The notes under the pieces: generated by a model
What the model was told of the DNA's origin: nothing
What the model saw: only the letters and a program-made list of their open reading frames with translations
The model's database searches: none
Part shown: one piece after another, positions 53,573 to 64,000 of the stretch
How the letters are laid out: each line of letters starts with the position of its first letter
Numbering within the stretch: the stretch's first letter is position 1
NCBI GenBank assembly: GCA_963751345.1
Contig: CAVVUS010000023.1
Coordinates: 1 to 64,000 of the forward strand
Source: an uncultured Chloroflexia bacterium
Lineage (GTDB): Bacteria > Chloroflexota > Anaerolineae > B4-G1 > SLSP01
Direction of reading: 5' to 3'
DNA: 64,000 bases
Position numbers and translations under genes: made by a program

Positions 53573-55375
53573 CTAATGAGTGGCCGGCTGTGGGACCGGC
53601 AACACCACGTGGAACCGGCTGCCGGGGAGTGCTTCCTCGTCGTGGCCCGGGCTCTCCGCCCAGATGTGACCGTCGTGGGCCTCCACGATACCGCGGGCGA
53701 CCGCCAAGCCCAATCCTGGACCGCCCCCCTTGAATTTGGTCTTGCCTGACGAGTGGAAAGTCACCTCGCCGGTTCGGTAGAATTTCGCGAAGATGAGCTC
53801 CAGGTACTCCTGCTCGATTCCGATGCCGGTATCGCTCACCACAATCTCGACGTAGTGGTCGCGACCATCGTGCTTCGGCGCCAATTCGCGACCCTCGACC
53901 GTGATCCGACCGCCGTCGGGTGTGTACTTGATGGCGTTGGTAAACAGCTCGCCGAAGGCCTTCGTCAGAGCTTCTGGGTCGACCCGGAGCTCGGGCAGCT
54001 CCGCTAGCCCGTTGAGTGTTAGCTGTAGATGACGCTCCTCCAGAATAGGTGCCAGGCGGTTGCGGAGGCTTGTCAGCAGCGCCGCGAGCGACACGGGGCG
54101 ACGGTGCAGTTGGAGCGTTCGGGTGTCAATACGCACGATATCGAGCATACTGTCGACGATGGCGTGAAGACGGGAGGCCCCGGTCACGATACCCTCGACC
54201 TCTCGGCTGCGTTCAGAATCCTCGGCAACCGCCGGATCGCCTAACAGCATCTGGCTGAAGCCGTTGATCAACGTCAGGGGAGTGCGCAGTTCGTGAGACA
54301 CGACCGTGATGAAATCAGACTTGTTACGGTCGAGTAGTTCGAGATGATGGTAAGCCGTTTTTAGTTGTTGGGTCCGCTCGTCAACCTCGCCCTCCAGGTG
54401 CTCGTTGAGGTGCTTCACCTCTGCGTAGAGCCGGGCATTGCGGATGGCCACGGCGATCTGGTCGGCAAGTGTGGTCAGGGCCGTCACGTCTTCTGCACCA
54501 AATGCATCGGGTATCTCACTCTGAATGTCCAGCGCCCCAAACAGCACATCCCCAAACCTCAGGGGTAGGGCAATCTCAGACCGGATATTCGGCAACAGGT
54601 CCGTGGCCATGTAGTGAGCATCGTGTAATGCATCGTTGGTCAGGTAAGCTGTCGCCGTGCGACACACGTGCGCGATAATACTACGGGGAGCATCCAGCGG
54701 AATGGCCCGCCCCGGCTCCCGGATTGGCGAGGGCGTCCCATATTGGCCTGCCCGCAAGACGATCGCATCTTGTCCATGTTCCTGGTCGATCATCCAGATG
54801 CCGGTAAAGAAGTAGCCGAATCGCTCGCGGATCAGGCTAAGGATCTCGACGAGCAATTGCTCTGCGTCCAGGATCGACGCAATCTGGTGGATGACCTCTG
54901 CACTGGTCTCGAGGCGCATCGTCTGCCTGTTGAGGGCGTGGTTCACGGTGTCGAGACGCTGGACGAGAGCCTGAAGCTCACTCCGCTGTCGATAGAGATC
55001 CAGGAAGACCTTGACTTTGCTCAAGAGGACCCGCGGAGATACGGGCTTGCTAAGGAAGTCGACGGCGCCGGTCTCGTATGGGCGAGTCGGATGGTTGATG
55101 TCCGGCTCGTGAGCACTGATGAAAATGATGGGAAGCGCAGTCGCCTCCGGCACACGGCGGATTGACTCGGCGAGGGCGTAGCCATCCATCCCTGGCATTC
55201 GCACGTCGAGGAGTGCGACAAAGAGATGCGGCTCGCGCTTGACGACTCCCAATGCTTCATCGCCCGAACCGGCCTCGATCACCTCAACGTTCAGGGTGCT
55301 GAGCGTGCGAGCGAGCATCCTGCGGTTTGCCGGCAGATCGTCCACGATCAGTACGCCGGGCAGGTTGTCACCCAT
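53573..55375 (-). CDS. Hybrid sensor histidine kinase (REC-GAF-HisKA-HATPase)
   Basis: LIVDD..LLDVRMPGMDG..KP; GAF RSEIALPL..GALDIQS; SHELRTPL; NAIKYT; DTGIGI; GGPGLGLA. Confidence 0.92.
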   Translation of the reverse strand: MGDNLPGVLIVDDLPANRRMLARTLSTLNVEVIEAGSGDEALGVVKREPHLFVALLDVRMPGMDGYALAESIRRVPEATALPIIFISAHEPDINHPTRPYETGAVDFLSKPVSPRVLLSKVKVFLDLYRQRSELQALVQRLDTVNHALNRQTMRLETSAEVIHQIASILDAEQLLVEILSLIRERFGYFFTGIWMIDQEHGQDAIVLRAGQYGTPSPIREPGRAIPLDAPRSIIAHVCRTATAYLTNDALHDAHYMATDLLPNIRSEIALPLRFGDVLFGALDIQSEIPDAFGAEDVTALTTLADQIAVAIRNARLYAEVKHLNEHLEGEVDERTQQLKTAYHHLELLDRNKSDFITVVSHELRTPLTLINGFSQMLLGDPAVAEDSERSREVEGIVTGASRLHAIVDSMLDIVRIDTRTLQLHRRPVSLAALLTSLRNRLAPILEERHLQLTLNGLAELPELRVDPEALTKAFGELFTNAIKYTPDGGRITVEGRELAPKHDGRDHYVEIVVSDTGIGIEQEYLELIFAKFYRTGEVTFHSSGKTKFKGGGPGLGLAVARGIVEAHDGHIWAESPGHDEEALPGSRFHVVLPVPQPATH

Positions 55376-55538
55376 TGCTCCATTATAAGTCAAGCTTGAT
55401 CGCGGACAACCCTCACACGCGACCTTGGTTAGCATGACGCTCGAAGCACTTCGGATTGACACCGTATGCGGTTCGGGTAAACTATGATTTTAGAGACGGA
55501 TATCGTCGAATCCCACGGGGCGGCAAAGGAGCGGAGCT

Positions 55539-57807
55539 ATGGAGATCGGTCACTATGAGAGAAGGCAGATTCCAACCCAGACACTGGGGTATCCCAGGAT
55601 CGGTAGAGACCGGGAGCTAAAGCGTGCCCTCGAAAGCTATTGGCGCGGGGATGCCGATGCTTCCTCGCTGATGAGGGTCTTCTGGGAGGTCGCGGAGGAT
55701 GGTTGGCGGGCGCAGATGGCGGCTGAGATCGACCTGGTCGGCGTTGGCGGCGAGACGCTCTATGATCACGTTCTGGATTGGGCGATTCGCTTCGATCTGA
55801 TCCCCGAGCGCTTTCGCGGGCTCGAAGGGCTGGACCGCACCTTCGCGATGGCCCGTGGCGCTCCCGGCATCGCTGCGCTCGAGATGACGAAGTGGTTCGA
55901 CACCAACTATCACTATCTGGTGCCGGAGATCGACGCAGACACGACGCCCGGACCCGCCTACGACGACTTCCTGCTGCTCGTGTCCCGGGCTCGCGGTGTC
56001 CTGGGAGACCGGGCTGTGCCGATAGTCCTGGGCCCGATCACGCTCCTGCGGCTCTCACGCCTCGACATTCCCTTCGACGAGGCCCTCGCGGCTTTGCTGC
56101 CGCTCTACCACCAACTGCTGTCATCCCTGGCCGATATGGGTGTCACGGAGGTCCAGATTCACGAGCCGATCCTCGTGTTGACCGGTGCGGAGGCGCTTCG
56201 TGAATCGGTGGAGGGCGCCTTCGCCGATCTGGCCGGTGCGTCGTTGGCGCTCAACTTGGTTACGTATTTCGATGACCTTGGGGAAAGCTTCCCATGGATT
56301 ACCCATCTGCCTGTGAAGGCTATCTCTCTGGACTTCACGCGCGGGGACAATGCTGCCCTGGTTCAGCGTTACGGTTGGCCCGCGGACAAGGTGCTCGCTG
56401 CGGGCGTGGTTGATGGTCGTAGCGTATGGAGGATTCGCCCCAATGAGGTCTCCGACCTCATTGCAGACCTTGAGCGCGCCTTGGCTGCCGGCCAGGGTGC
56501 CGGCCTGAGAATCGGTGCGTCCTCGTCGCTTCAGTTCGTGCCCTACACAACGATCCCAGAGACACGATTGGCCGATGAGCTTCGCGGCGTCCTCGCATTC
56601 GCAGACGAAAAGCTGGGCGAGCTGCGTTCGCTTGCCCGCAGCGACTTGGCGAGTGCGGATGCGGCGTGGTCGGTCTTCAATGCCTTTGCGCCGGCCGATG
56701 AGATCGTTCAGGCCAGTATCGCGGCGCTGCGTCCCGCCGATTTCGAGCGCGCGCTCACGTATCGAGAACGACGTCCACGTCAGGTCTCGCTCCCGCTTTT
56801 CCCCATGACCACCATCGGCTCCTTCCCGCAGACTCGTGAGGTGCGTCGCTTGCGCGCGCAGGTACCGCCGGGGCGAGATCACCGAGGCCGCGTATGAGGC
56901 GGGTATTGACGCGTTCATCGCATATGCGGTCGGTGCACAGGATGGGTTGGGTCTCGACATGCTCGTCCACGGCGAGTTCGAGCGCACCGACATGGTCGAG
57001 TACTTCGCGCAGAAGCTTACCGGGTTCGCCTTCACGGAGCACGGTTGGGTACAAAGCTTCGGCAGCCGGTGCGTCCGCCCGCCCATTATCTATGCCGATA
57101 TCACCCGGCCCGCGCCGATGACGGTACGGGAGTTCGCCGTGGCCCAGTCTTTCACAGAAAAGCCGGTCAAGGGCATGCTCACTGGCCCCGTGACCATCAT
57201 CAACTGGTCCTACCCGCGAGTCGACATCCCCCATCGGCAGATCGCCTACCAACTCGCCCTGGCGCTGCGCGATGAGATCGCGGATCTGGAGGCGGCCGGC
57301 GCGCGGGCGGTCCAGGTGGACGAGCCTGCCCTGCGTGAGGGGTTGCCTCTCAAGCGGGAGCGCTGGGAATCCTATCTGGGGTGGGCCATCGACAGCTTTC
57401 GGCTGGCTACCGGTCGGGCCAACCCGGAGACTCAGGTGCACACGCACATGTGCTATTCCGAGTTCGGCGAGATCCTGGAGGCCATCGATCGCCTGGATGC
57501 CGACGTGATCTCCATCGAGAACGCCCGGAGCGACGACGCGACGCTCGGGGAGTTGGCGGCCTACGGATATCCCCGGGAGGTCGGCCCTGGGGTGTACGAT
57601 ATCCACAGCCCGGTGGTGCCAACCGAGGCATTTGTCGAGGAGAAACTCCGCTCGTTTCTGCGTCACCTGGATCCCGAGCGAATCTGGGTCAATCCGGACT
57701 GCGGGCTGAAAACACGAACCTGGGCGGAAGTGCTCCCCTCGCTGCAGCATATGGTCGAGGCTGTGCGCACAGTCCGGGCTGCCGTCATGGCGCAGCGCGC
57801 CGGCTGA
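55539..57807 (+). CDS. metE: Cobalamin-independent methionine synthase (frameshift near 56860)
   Basis: [73 protein letters not shown]. Confidence 0.96.
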
Positions 57808-57824
57808 GGCCGGACGGATCTGTG

Positions 57825-59676
57825 ATGGCAGAGCGTTTCTTGGACAGACTCGACCGGGCAGCGGTACCGTTGCTCGCAGACGGCGCGATGGGTACGATGC
57901 TCAATGCGCACGGCATTGCGTTCAGCACCTGTTTTGATGCGTTGAACGTGTCACAGCCCGCGTCGGTGGCGGAGGTCCATCGGGCCTACATCGACGCCGG
58001 CTCGGATCTCATCCTCACCAATACCTTTGGTGCCAACCGGTACAAACTCACCGAGCATGGGCTGGCGGATCAGGTCGCCGAGATCAACCGGGCCGGTGTA
58101 GCCCTGGCTCACCGCATCGTGGCGGCTGCATTCAGGGATGTGCTCGTCGCGGGTGACATCGGTCCCCTTGGCGTTCGACTCGCGCCCTACGGGCGTGTGC
58201 AGCGATCTCAGGCCCGCGAGGCTTTTGCCGAGCAGACTCGGGCGCTGGCAGAGGCAGGGGTCGATCTGATCGTAATCGAGACGATGACGGATCTGCAGGA
58301 GACCCTGGCGGCCGTACGGGCAGTGCATGATGTCTGCGATCTGCCGGTCGTCGCCTCGATGACCTTTACCCGAGATGACCGGACGCTGCTTGGCGATGCG
58401 CCTGCTACCATTGCCCGGCGACTGTCGGCCGAGGGAGTTGACATCATCGGGGTCAACTGCTCGAGTGGGCCGGTGCAATTGCTGCGGATCGTTGACCAGA
58501 TGCGCAGCGCGGTCCCGGACGGCCGGTTCTGGGTGAAACCCAACGCCGGATGGCCGGAGCAAGTCGCCGGGCGGATCCGGTATCCGGCCACCCCCGATTA
58601 CTTCGGCGACTATGCCTGGGCCTTCGTCAAGGCCGGGGCCGACGTAGTTGGCGGGTGCTGCGGTACCACGCCGGCGCACATTGCTGCAATGCGGTCCGCC
58701 CTGGATGCCGGTATGCCGGCATCGGTCCACGTCGTAACAGATATCTCCCCGCAGCACTCCGTTGGGATGGATATCGCACCTGACCAGCCTTCGGTACTGT
58801 CGCAGAAGCTGGAACACGGTGACTTCGTGATGGCGGTGGAGATGGATCCGCCACGGGGGCTGGCCACGCATAGGCTGCTGGCCGCGGCGACGGTACTACA
58901 GGAGGCCGGGGCTGATGTGATCAACGTGGCTGACAGCCCTATGGCCCGCATGCGGATGAGCCCCTGGGCCGTGTGCGCCCTCATCCAGGACAAGCTTGGG
59001 ATCGAGACGACGCTCCACTTCCCCACCCGTGGGCGGAATGTGCTCCGCGTGCAGGGAGATCTCCTTGCCGCGCATGCACTTGGCGTCCGCAACGTCTTCG
59101 TCGTGATGGGGGACCCGACCGCCATCGGCGACTACCCCGAGGCAATGGACGATTATGACGTCGTGCCTTCCGGTCTGATCAAGCTCATCAAGCAGGGGTT
59201 TAACGTCGGCGTGGATCACGCGGGAAGCGACATCGGCCAGCCCACGGCTTTCTCGGTGGGCGCGGCGCTAAACCTGGTGCCGGACGACGTATCCCGCGAG
59301 GTCAAAGTCACGCGTCGGAAAGTGTTGGCCGGCGCCGATTTCTTTCTGACGCAGCCCGTCTATGACCTGGCGGCGGCTCGAGGCTTGCTCCAAGCATACG
59401 AGGCGCGCTATGGCGCCCTGGACGTGCCGGTGCTGGTCGGTATCCTGCCGCTCTACGGCGTGCGGCACGCCCGGTTCCTCAACAACGAGGTACCGGGCAT
59501 CGACATCGCCCCGGAGATCCTCGACCGCCTGGATGCAGCGGGCGAGGACGCGCCCCACGAGGGCGTCCGCATCGCGCTGGAGCTGATCGAACGCCTGCGC
59601 GAGTGGGGGCAGGGGTCTACCTGATGCCCGCGTTCAACCGGTACGATCTCGCGGCCGAGGTATCGAAGGCAGCTAG
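57825..59676 (+). CDS. yitJ: Bifunctional homocysteine S-methyltransferase / methylenetetrahydrofolate reductase (YitJ type; frameshifts near 59610 and 59660)
   Basis: DGAMGTML, TNTFGAN, GVNC, PNAG, GGCCGTTP; then EMDPP, ADSPMARMRMS, GDP, GADFFLTQPVY, GVYLMP. Confidence 0.9.
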
Positions 59677-59696
59677 GGAGGGGGAGAGGGAAGCGA

Positions 59697-59792
59697 AACG
59701 CAGAGGCGCACAGCACTCCGGAGTCGCGCTCTGGGTGTTCTCCCTCGTATTTTTGCTCTGCGTCTCCGCGCCTCTGCGCTGTTTTCTGCGTT
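59697..59792. repeat. Inverted repeat built from 8-nt CGCAGAGR / YCTCTGCG units
   Basis: CGCAGAGGCGC (59699) ... CTCTGCGT-CTCCGCGC-CTCTGCGC (59756-59779) between convergent genes. Confidence 0.6.
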
Positions 59793-59807
59793 ATGGGATG
59801 GTGTGGC

Positions 59808-60110
59808 TCACCGGCCCGTGACGCGATAGTGGAGCCAGAGGTAGCCGTTGGGCTGCGGGGTAGCGGAAAGCAGCTCCAAGATGGCAGGTCGGTCGTCGGG
59901 GCCGAGGTCGGCGCAGTCGGCGAGGGTGGGGGTGCGGTCCCCGCCGTTGAGAGTCGGCTGGAGGATGAGGTGGATCTCGTCGATAAGCCCGGCGCGGAGC
60001 ATGACCCCGTTGAGGGTGCCGCCGCCCCAGAGTCGGAGCACCCGGATGCCCAGTTTCGCGGTGAGCTTGCGCATGGCTCCCGGCAGGTCCGCGTGGAACC
60101 GACAACTGAC
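59808..60110 (-). pseudogene. C-terminal fragment of a RibD-C/dihydrofolate-reductase-like protein directly downstream of alaS
   Basis: DLPGAMRKL..GIRVLRLWGGGTLNGVMLRAGLIDEIHL..P..GG..PTL..LWLHY; the N-terminal half and an RBS are missing. Confidence 0.6.
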
Positions 60111-60114
60111 AACG

Positions 60115-62847
60115 TTAACTGTTGTTTGAAGCATCTCGCGGAGCAGGTCCGGTACCTTTGCCAGCGCCTCGGGGAGCTTCGTTGCATCGCCCGCCGGCTT
60201 GGGCCATGTCAGGGCGACCCCCGCCGCCGCCGCCGACCATCTGGGCCAGGGACCGAACCAGGTTGCCTGCATGGATGCCTCGAGACTTCGATAGCTCCGG
60301 GGTCGTCGCCGCAATCAGCAGGGGCCTGTCGTCGACGACAGTACCCAGAACGACGACGCCGCCTGGAACCTTGTCGCGGAACCAGTCGGCCATCTCGCGC
60401 AGCGTGTCGGCATCGGGCACGTTGACCTGGGCGGTCAGGACCGGAATGCCCTCGACCTCGCGGACGTCGTCAAGAAGCGCCTGGAAGTCGGCCCGCGCCA
60501 GGCGCCGTGTGAGCTGCTCGGCCTCTCTCTGAGCCGCCTTCAGGTTGTCCTGAAGACGTGATACGCGGTCGGCGACTTCGTCGGGGGAGCAGGCCAGCGA
60601 TGATGCAGCCCGCTCCTGCAGGCCACGCATGCGCTGGATCGCCGCGAGCGCGCCGCGGCCCGTGGCGGCCTCAATGCGCCGAATGCCGGCCCCGATTCCG
60701 CTCTCGGTGAGAATCAGGAAAGGCCCGATATCCCCGGTCCGGTCCACATGGGTGCCGCCGCATAGTTCCTGGCTGAACGGCGCCTCTTCCGGGCCCACCC
60801 GCATCACGCGGACGACGTTCCCGTACTTCTCCTCGAAGAGGGCGATCACGCCCTGTTTGAGGGCATCGCGGTAACTCTCCTGCCGGGCATTCACTTCGTA
60901 GTTAGCCAGGATCGCATCCGTGACGATGCGCTCGATCTGCGCACGCTGCTCGGGCGTCATCGCCGCATCGTGGTTGTAGTCGAAACGCAGGCGGTCCGGG
61001 GCGACGACCGATCCTGCCTGCTGGACGTGGCTTCCCAACACGTCCCTAAGTCCTCGATGGAGGAGGTGGGTCGCCGTGTGGTTTCGCATAATGTCCCACC
61101 GGCGCTCTCGATCGACTGTGGCAATAACCTTGTCGCCTACCCTTGGCCGCCCGCGATCGACGTGTCCCACGTGGACGACCAGGCCTTCCGTTGGGCGACG
61201 GGTATCGGTGACCGTGACCTCCCAGTCGGGACCGGCGATACGACCCGTGTCGGATACCTGCCCACCGGACTCCACGTAGAAGCACGTCGTGGTGAGGGCG
61301 AGTTCGACGTCATCCCCCTCGTGGGCTTCGGTCACGATCTCACCGTCGTCAAGCATACCCACGAGACGCGCCTCGACCTCCATCTGCTCGTAGGGGTCGT
61401 AGGTCAGTGGCTGATTTGGCGACTGTGTGGCAATCCACTCGAGCAACACGGGATAGAGCTGCGCGCGGGTGTCATCCTCCATCGCAAAGGTCCCCGCTGC
61501 GCGTCCACGCGCACGCTGGACTTCTCGCTCTCGGTGGTAGCCCACCGCGTCCACCCGCAACCCATGCTCCTCGACGATATCGCGTGTGACCTCGAAGGGC
61601 AGACCCAGGGTGTCGTGCAAGAAAAATGCCTGTTCGCCCGCGATGATCGTCTCGCCCCGTGCCTTGGCCTGGGCGATGATGTCGTCGAGTCGGGCAAGAC
61701 CCTGGTCGAGCGTCCGCAGGAAGCGGCGCTCCTCACCGAGAATCGTGGCCTTGATGAAGTCGGCGCGAGCCGGCAGCTCGGGAAAGACGTGGCCCATACC
61801 CTCGATCACGATATCGGCCAGGGATGTCATAAAGGGCTGCGTGAATCCCAGGGTCCGCCCGAAACGTACCGCGCGCCGCAACACCATGCGCAGCACGTAG
61901 CCGCGCCCATCGTTGGCCGGCATCACGCCATCGCCGATCAGGAACGTCACCGCACGAACGTGATCGGCGATCACGCGGTAGGGCACGATATTTGCTTCTC
62001 TCTCGGCATCCGTCCGTCCCGCCATCGCCTGGACTCGGGCGATGATGGGCCAGAACAAGTCAGTTCGATAGTTGGAGCCTTTCCTCTGGAGCAGGGCGAC
62101 AAGCCGCTCGAATCCCATCCCCGTGTCGATGTGCTTGGCCGGAAGGTCTTCGAGCTGACCGGAAGCGTCGCGGTTGTATTGGATGAAGACGAGGTTCCAG
62201 ATCTCCGTGAACCTGGCACAATCGCCGTTCACCTGGCATACGTGGCCCTCTACGTCTTGCATATCGCACGCTTCGGGGCCGCGATCGTAGTGGATCTCGC
62301 TGCACGGGCCGCACGGGCCGGTATCGCCCATCTCCCAGAAGTTGTCCTTGCGGCCGAAGGGTAGAATGTGGTCGGGGGCGATGCTGGTCTCGTCGCGCCA
62401 GAAAGCCGCCGCGTCCGCGTCGAGCCCCAGATCGCCGGTGTCGTCCTCGAAGACCGTAGCCCATAGCCGACTGCCGTCCAATTCGTAGACCTTTGTCAGG
62501 AGATCCCACGCCCACGTGATGGCCTCGCGCTTGTAGTAGTCGCCGAACGACCAATTCCCGAGCATCTCGAAGAACGTGTGATGCGTCCCGTCCCGCCCTA
62601 CGTCTTCGAGGTCGTTGTGCTTGCCCGCCACCCGCATGCATTTCTGGGTGTCGGCGGCCCGCGTGTAGGGGCGCGTGCCCGTCGCCAGGAAGACGTCCTT
62701 GAACTGATTCATGCCCGCGTTGGTGAACAGCAGGGTGGGGTCGTCTTGCGGCACAAGGCTGGCGCTGGGCACGATGGTGTGGCCGCGCTCCTTGAAGTAG
62801 TCCAGAAAGGACTGGCGAATCTCGTCACTGGTCCACGTCTTGGTCAT
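60115..62847 (-). CDS. alaS: Alanyl-tRNA synthetase (frameshift near 60187)
   Basis: DPTLLFTNAGMNQFK, HHTFFEMLGNWSFGDY, GPCGPCSEI, DTGMGFER, NHTATHLL, ELCGGTHV, GGGGGRPDMAQAGG. Confidence 0.97.
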   Translation of the reverse strand: MTKTWTSDEIRQSFLDYFKERGHTIVPSASLVPQDDPTLLFTNAGMNQFKDVFLATGTRPYTRAADTQKCMRVAGKHNDLEDVGRDGTHHTFFEMLGNWSFGDYYKREAITWAWDLLTKVYELDGSRLWATVFEDDTGDLGLDADAAAFWRDETSIAPDHILPFGRKDNFWEMGDTGPCGPCSEIHYDRGPEACDMQDVEGHVCQVNGDCARFTEIWNLVFIQYNRDASGQLEDLPAKHIDTGMGFERLVALLQRKGSNYRTDLFWPIIARVQAMAGRTDAEREANIVPYRVIADHVRAVTFLIGDGVMPANDGRGYVLRMVLRRAVRFGRTLGFTQPFMTSLADIVIEGMGHVFPELPARADFIKATILGEERRFLRTLDQGLARLDDIIAQAKARGETIIAGEQAFFLHDTLGLPFEVTRDIVEEHGLRVDAVGYHREREVQRARGRAAGTFAMEDDTRAQLYPVLLEWIATQSPNQPLTYDPYEQMEVEARLVGMLDDGEIVTEAHEGDDVELALTTTCFYVESGGQVSDTGRIAGPDWEVTVTDTRRPTEGLVVHVGHVDRGRPRVGDKVIATVDRERRWDIMRNHTATHLLHRGLRDVLGSHVQQAGSVVAPDRLRFDYNHDAAMTPEQRAQIERIVTDAILANYEVNARQESYRDALKQGVIALFEEKYGNVVRVMRVGPEEAPFSQELCGGTHVDRTGDIGPFLILTESGIGAGIRRIEAATGRGALAAIQRMRGLQERAASSLACSPDEVADRVSRLQDNLKAAQREAEQLTRRLARADFQALLDDVREVEGIPVLTAQVNVPDADTLREMADWFRDKVPGGVVVLGTVVDDRPLLIAATTPELSKSRGIHAGNLVRSLAQMVGGGGGGRPDMAQAGGRCNEAPRGAGKGTGPAPRDASNNS

Positions 62848-62991
62848 GCAATCTCCTCACGCTACTTCTATGTGAACGCGCATTGTAGCGCAACAGCCCC
62901 TCTAGTCAACCGCGCTTGCGCAGCACGCCGGACACACTATACTGGTGTCCATGTGCAAGCTGCTCGCGATCCTCATGGTGAGGAGGTCCTG

Positions 62992-63873
62992 ATGCCGCAG
63001 ATACCGGCCCAATACCTCCCTGTCATCATGAAGTCCCTGTCAACCCTCGTCGTAATCGCCGTGGCTGTCATCCTCTCCAGGGCTGTGCGTCGGGTGTTGC
63101 GCGGTCGTATGCAGGATTCGCCGAACGTGCGTACTGTCTACGCACTGGGGAGGAACGCCGTATTCTTCCTCGCCGCTGTGATCGTGTTAATGATCTGGTT
63201 GGGACAGGGCAGCAGCTTCACGGTCGCGATGGGCATTCTCGGCGCGGGAATCGCATTCGCTTCACAGGAGACGATCGGATCGTTCGCGGGCTATCTCTAT
63301 GTCGTCATTGGTAATATCTACAGGATCGGGGACCGCGTCCGGGTGGGCAACGTGATCGGCGACGTCTTGGATATCGGCATGCTCCGCACGACGCTGATGG
63401 AGGTCGGTGAGTGGGTCAGGGCGGAGCAGTATACCGGGCGGGTCGTGTCGATCGCAAATCGCGCGGTCTTTGCCGACCCTGTGTTCAACTACACCGAGCA
63501 CTGGCCATATCTCTGGGATGAGATCATGCTTCCCATCACGTATAACAGTGATTGGCGGCGAGCCCAGGAGATCATGCTGGCACATGCCGGCGAGTATACC
63601 GATCGCTTCCAGGACACCGCAGAGGCTCAGTTGCGCCGCATGATGCTGCGCTATCCGGTCTATGCTACGAGCGTTGCGCCCAGTCTTTACCTGGTTATGA
63701 CCGACAACTGGATTGAGATGACGCTTCGCTATGTCGTGGACCCGCGTGAGCGTCGTTCCGTCAGAGCTCAGTTGCACCACGAACTCCTGATCCACTTCGA
63801 GGAGGAACCATCCATTACAGTAGCGTCCGCCACTTTCGATATCGTGGGATTCCCACCCCTGCAGCGCGAATGA
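62992..63873 (+). CDS. mscS: Small-conductance mechanosensitive channel family protein
   Basis: AGGAGG RBS, three TM helices, GILGAGIAFASQE, IGDRV..GDV..IGMLRT, YTGRVVSIAN. Confidence 0.9.
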   Translation: MPQIPAQYLPVIMKSLSTLVVIAVAVILSRAVRRVLRGRMQDSPNVRTVYALGRNAVFFLAAVIVLMIWLGQGSSFTVAMGILGAGIAFASQETIGSFAGYLYVVIGNIYRIGDRVRVGNVIGDVLDIGMLRTTLMEVGEWVRAEQYTGRVVSIANRAVFADPVFNYTEHWPYLWDEIMLPITYNSDWRRAQEIMLAHAGEYTDRFQDTAEAQLRRMMLRYPVYATSVAPSLYLVMTDNWIEMTLRYVVDPRERRSVRAQLHHELLIHFEEEPSITVASATFDIVGFPPLQRE

Positions 63874-64000
63874 CGTCTTCTGCCCTGGCCGCGGCTACAC
63901 GGTTAGCCGCGTGCCTTACGGATCTACGGAAGCACAGGCCAGGTGTATTGGCGCGCCATGCCCCGTTGCTATTCGCTGCGGCTGTGGCGATGATTGCGCT

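Noticed and set aside
57381-57824. 148-aa N-terminal extension of YitJ
   Set aside because: Alternate-frame overlap with the metE 3' end; homology begins at ATG 57825.
60970-62364. 464-aa antisense ORF within alaS, and similar long antisense ORFs elsewhere
   Set aside because: Expected from GC-rich codon bias; no recognisable motifs or RBS.

Overview
GC-rich bacterial core-genome window. The 16S sequence, Pro/Thr-rich exported proteins, large GT-C membrane protein and gene order suggest Chloroflexota (probably Anaerolineae-like); this is an inference, not a database result. Contents in order: apgM, recJ, a complete rRNA operon (three tandem promoters, 16S-tRNA-Ile-tRNA-Ala-23S-5S), a lipoprotein esterase, rpe, the rpmB-asp23-fakA-degV-recG-coaD-rpmF-asp23-nusB cluster, an arginine synthetase (ArcE/COG2403)-like gene, a GT-C glycosyltransferase, mpg, a LysM/hypothetical/REC-CpaE operon, dtxR-feoABC, groESL with double CIRCE, an unusual purine operon (PurS-PurL fusion, purQ, purC, class II purE, purF, PurD-PurM fusion, a GH2 glycosidase, purN) with a NrdR-like box, miaA, a C39-like peptidase, yraN, an LCP protein, mltG-ruvX-baseplate-J-like membrane protein, a hybrid kinase, metE-yitJ, alaS and mscS. 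About 18 single-base frameshifts hit essential genes and are most likely long-read assembly errors. No CRISPR array, prophage, transposase or defence island is visible. The best leads are the purine operon architecture and regulation, the orphan ArcE homolog, the orphan baseplate-J-like gene, structured non-coding elements (ITS insert with terminator, rpmF-asp23 RNA) and several REP-like repeats.
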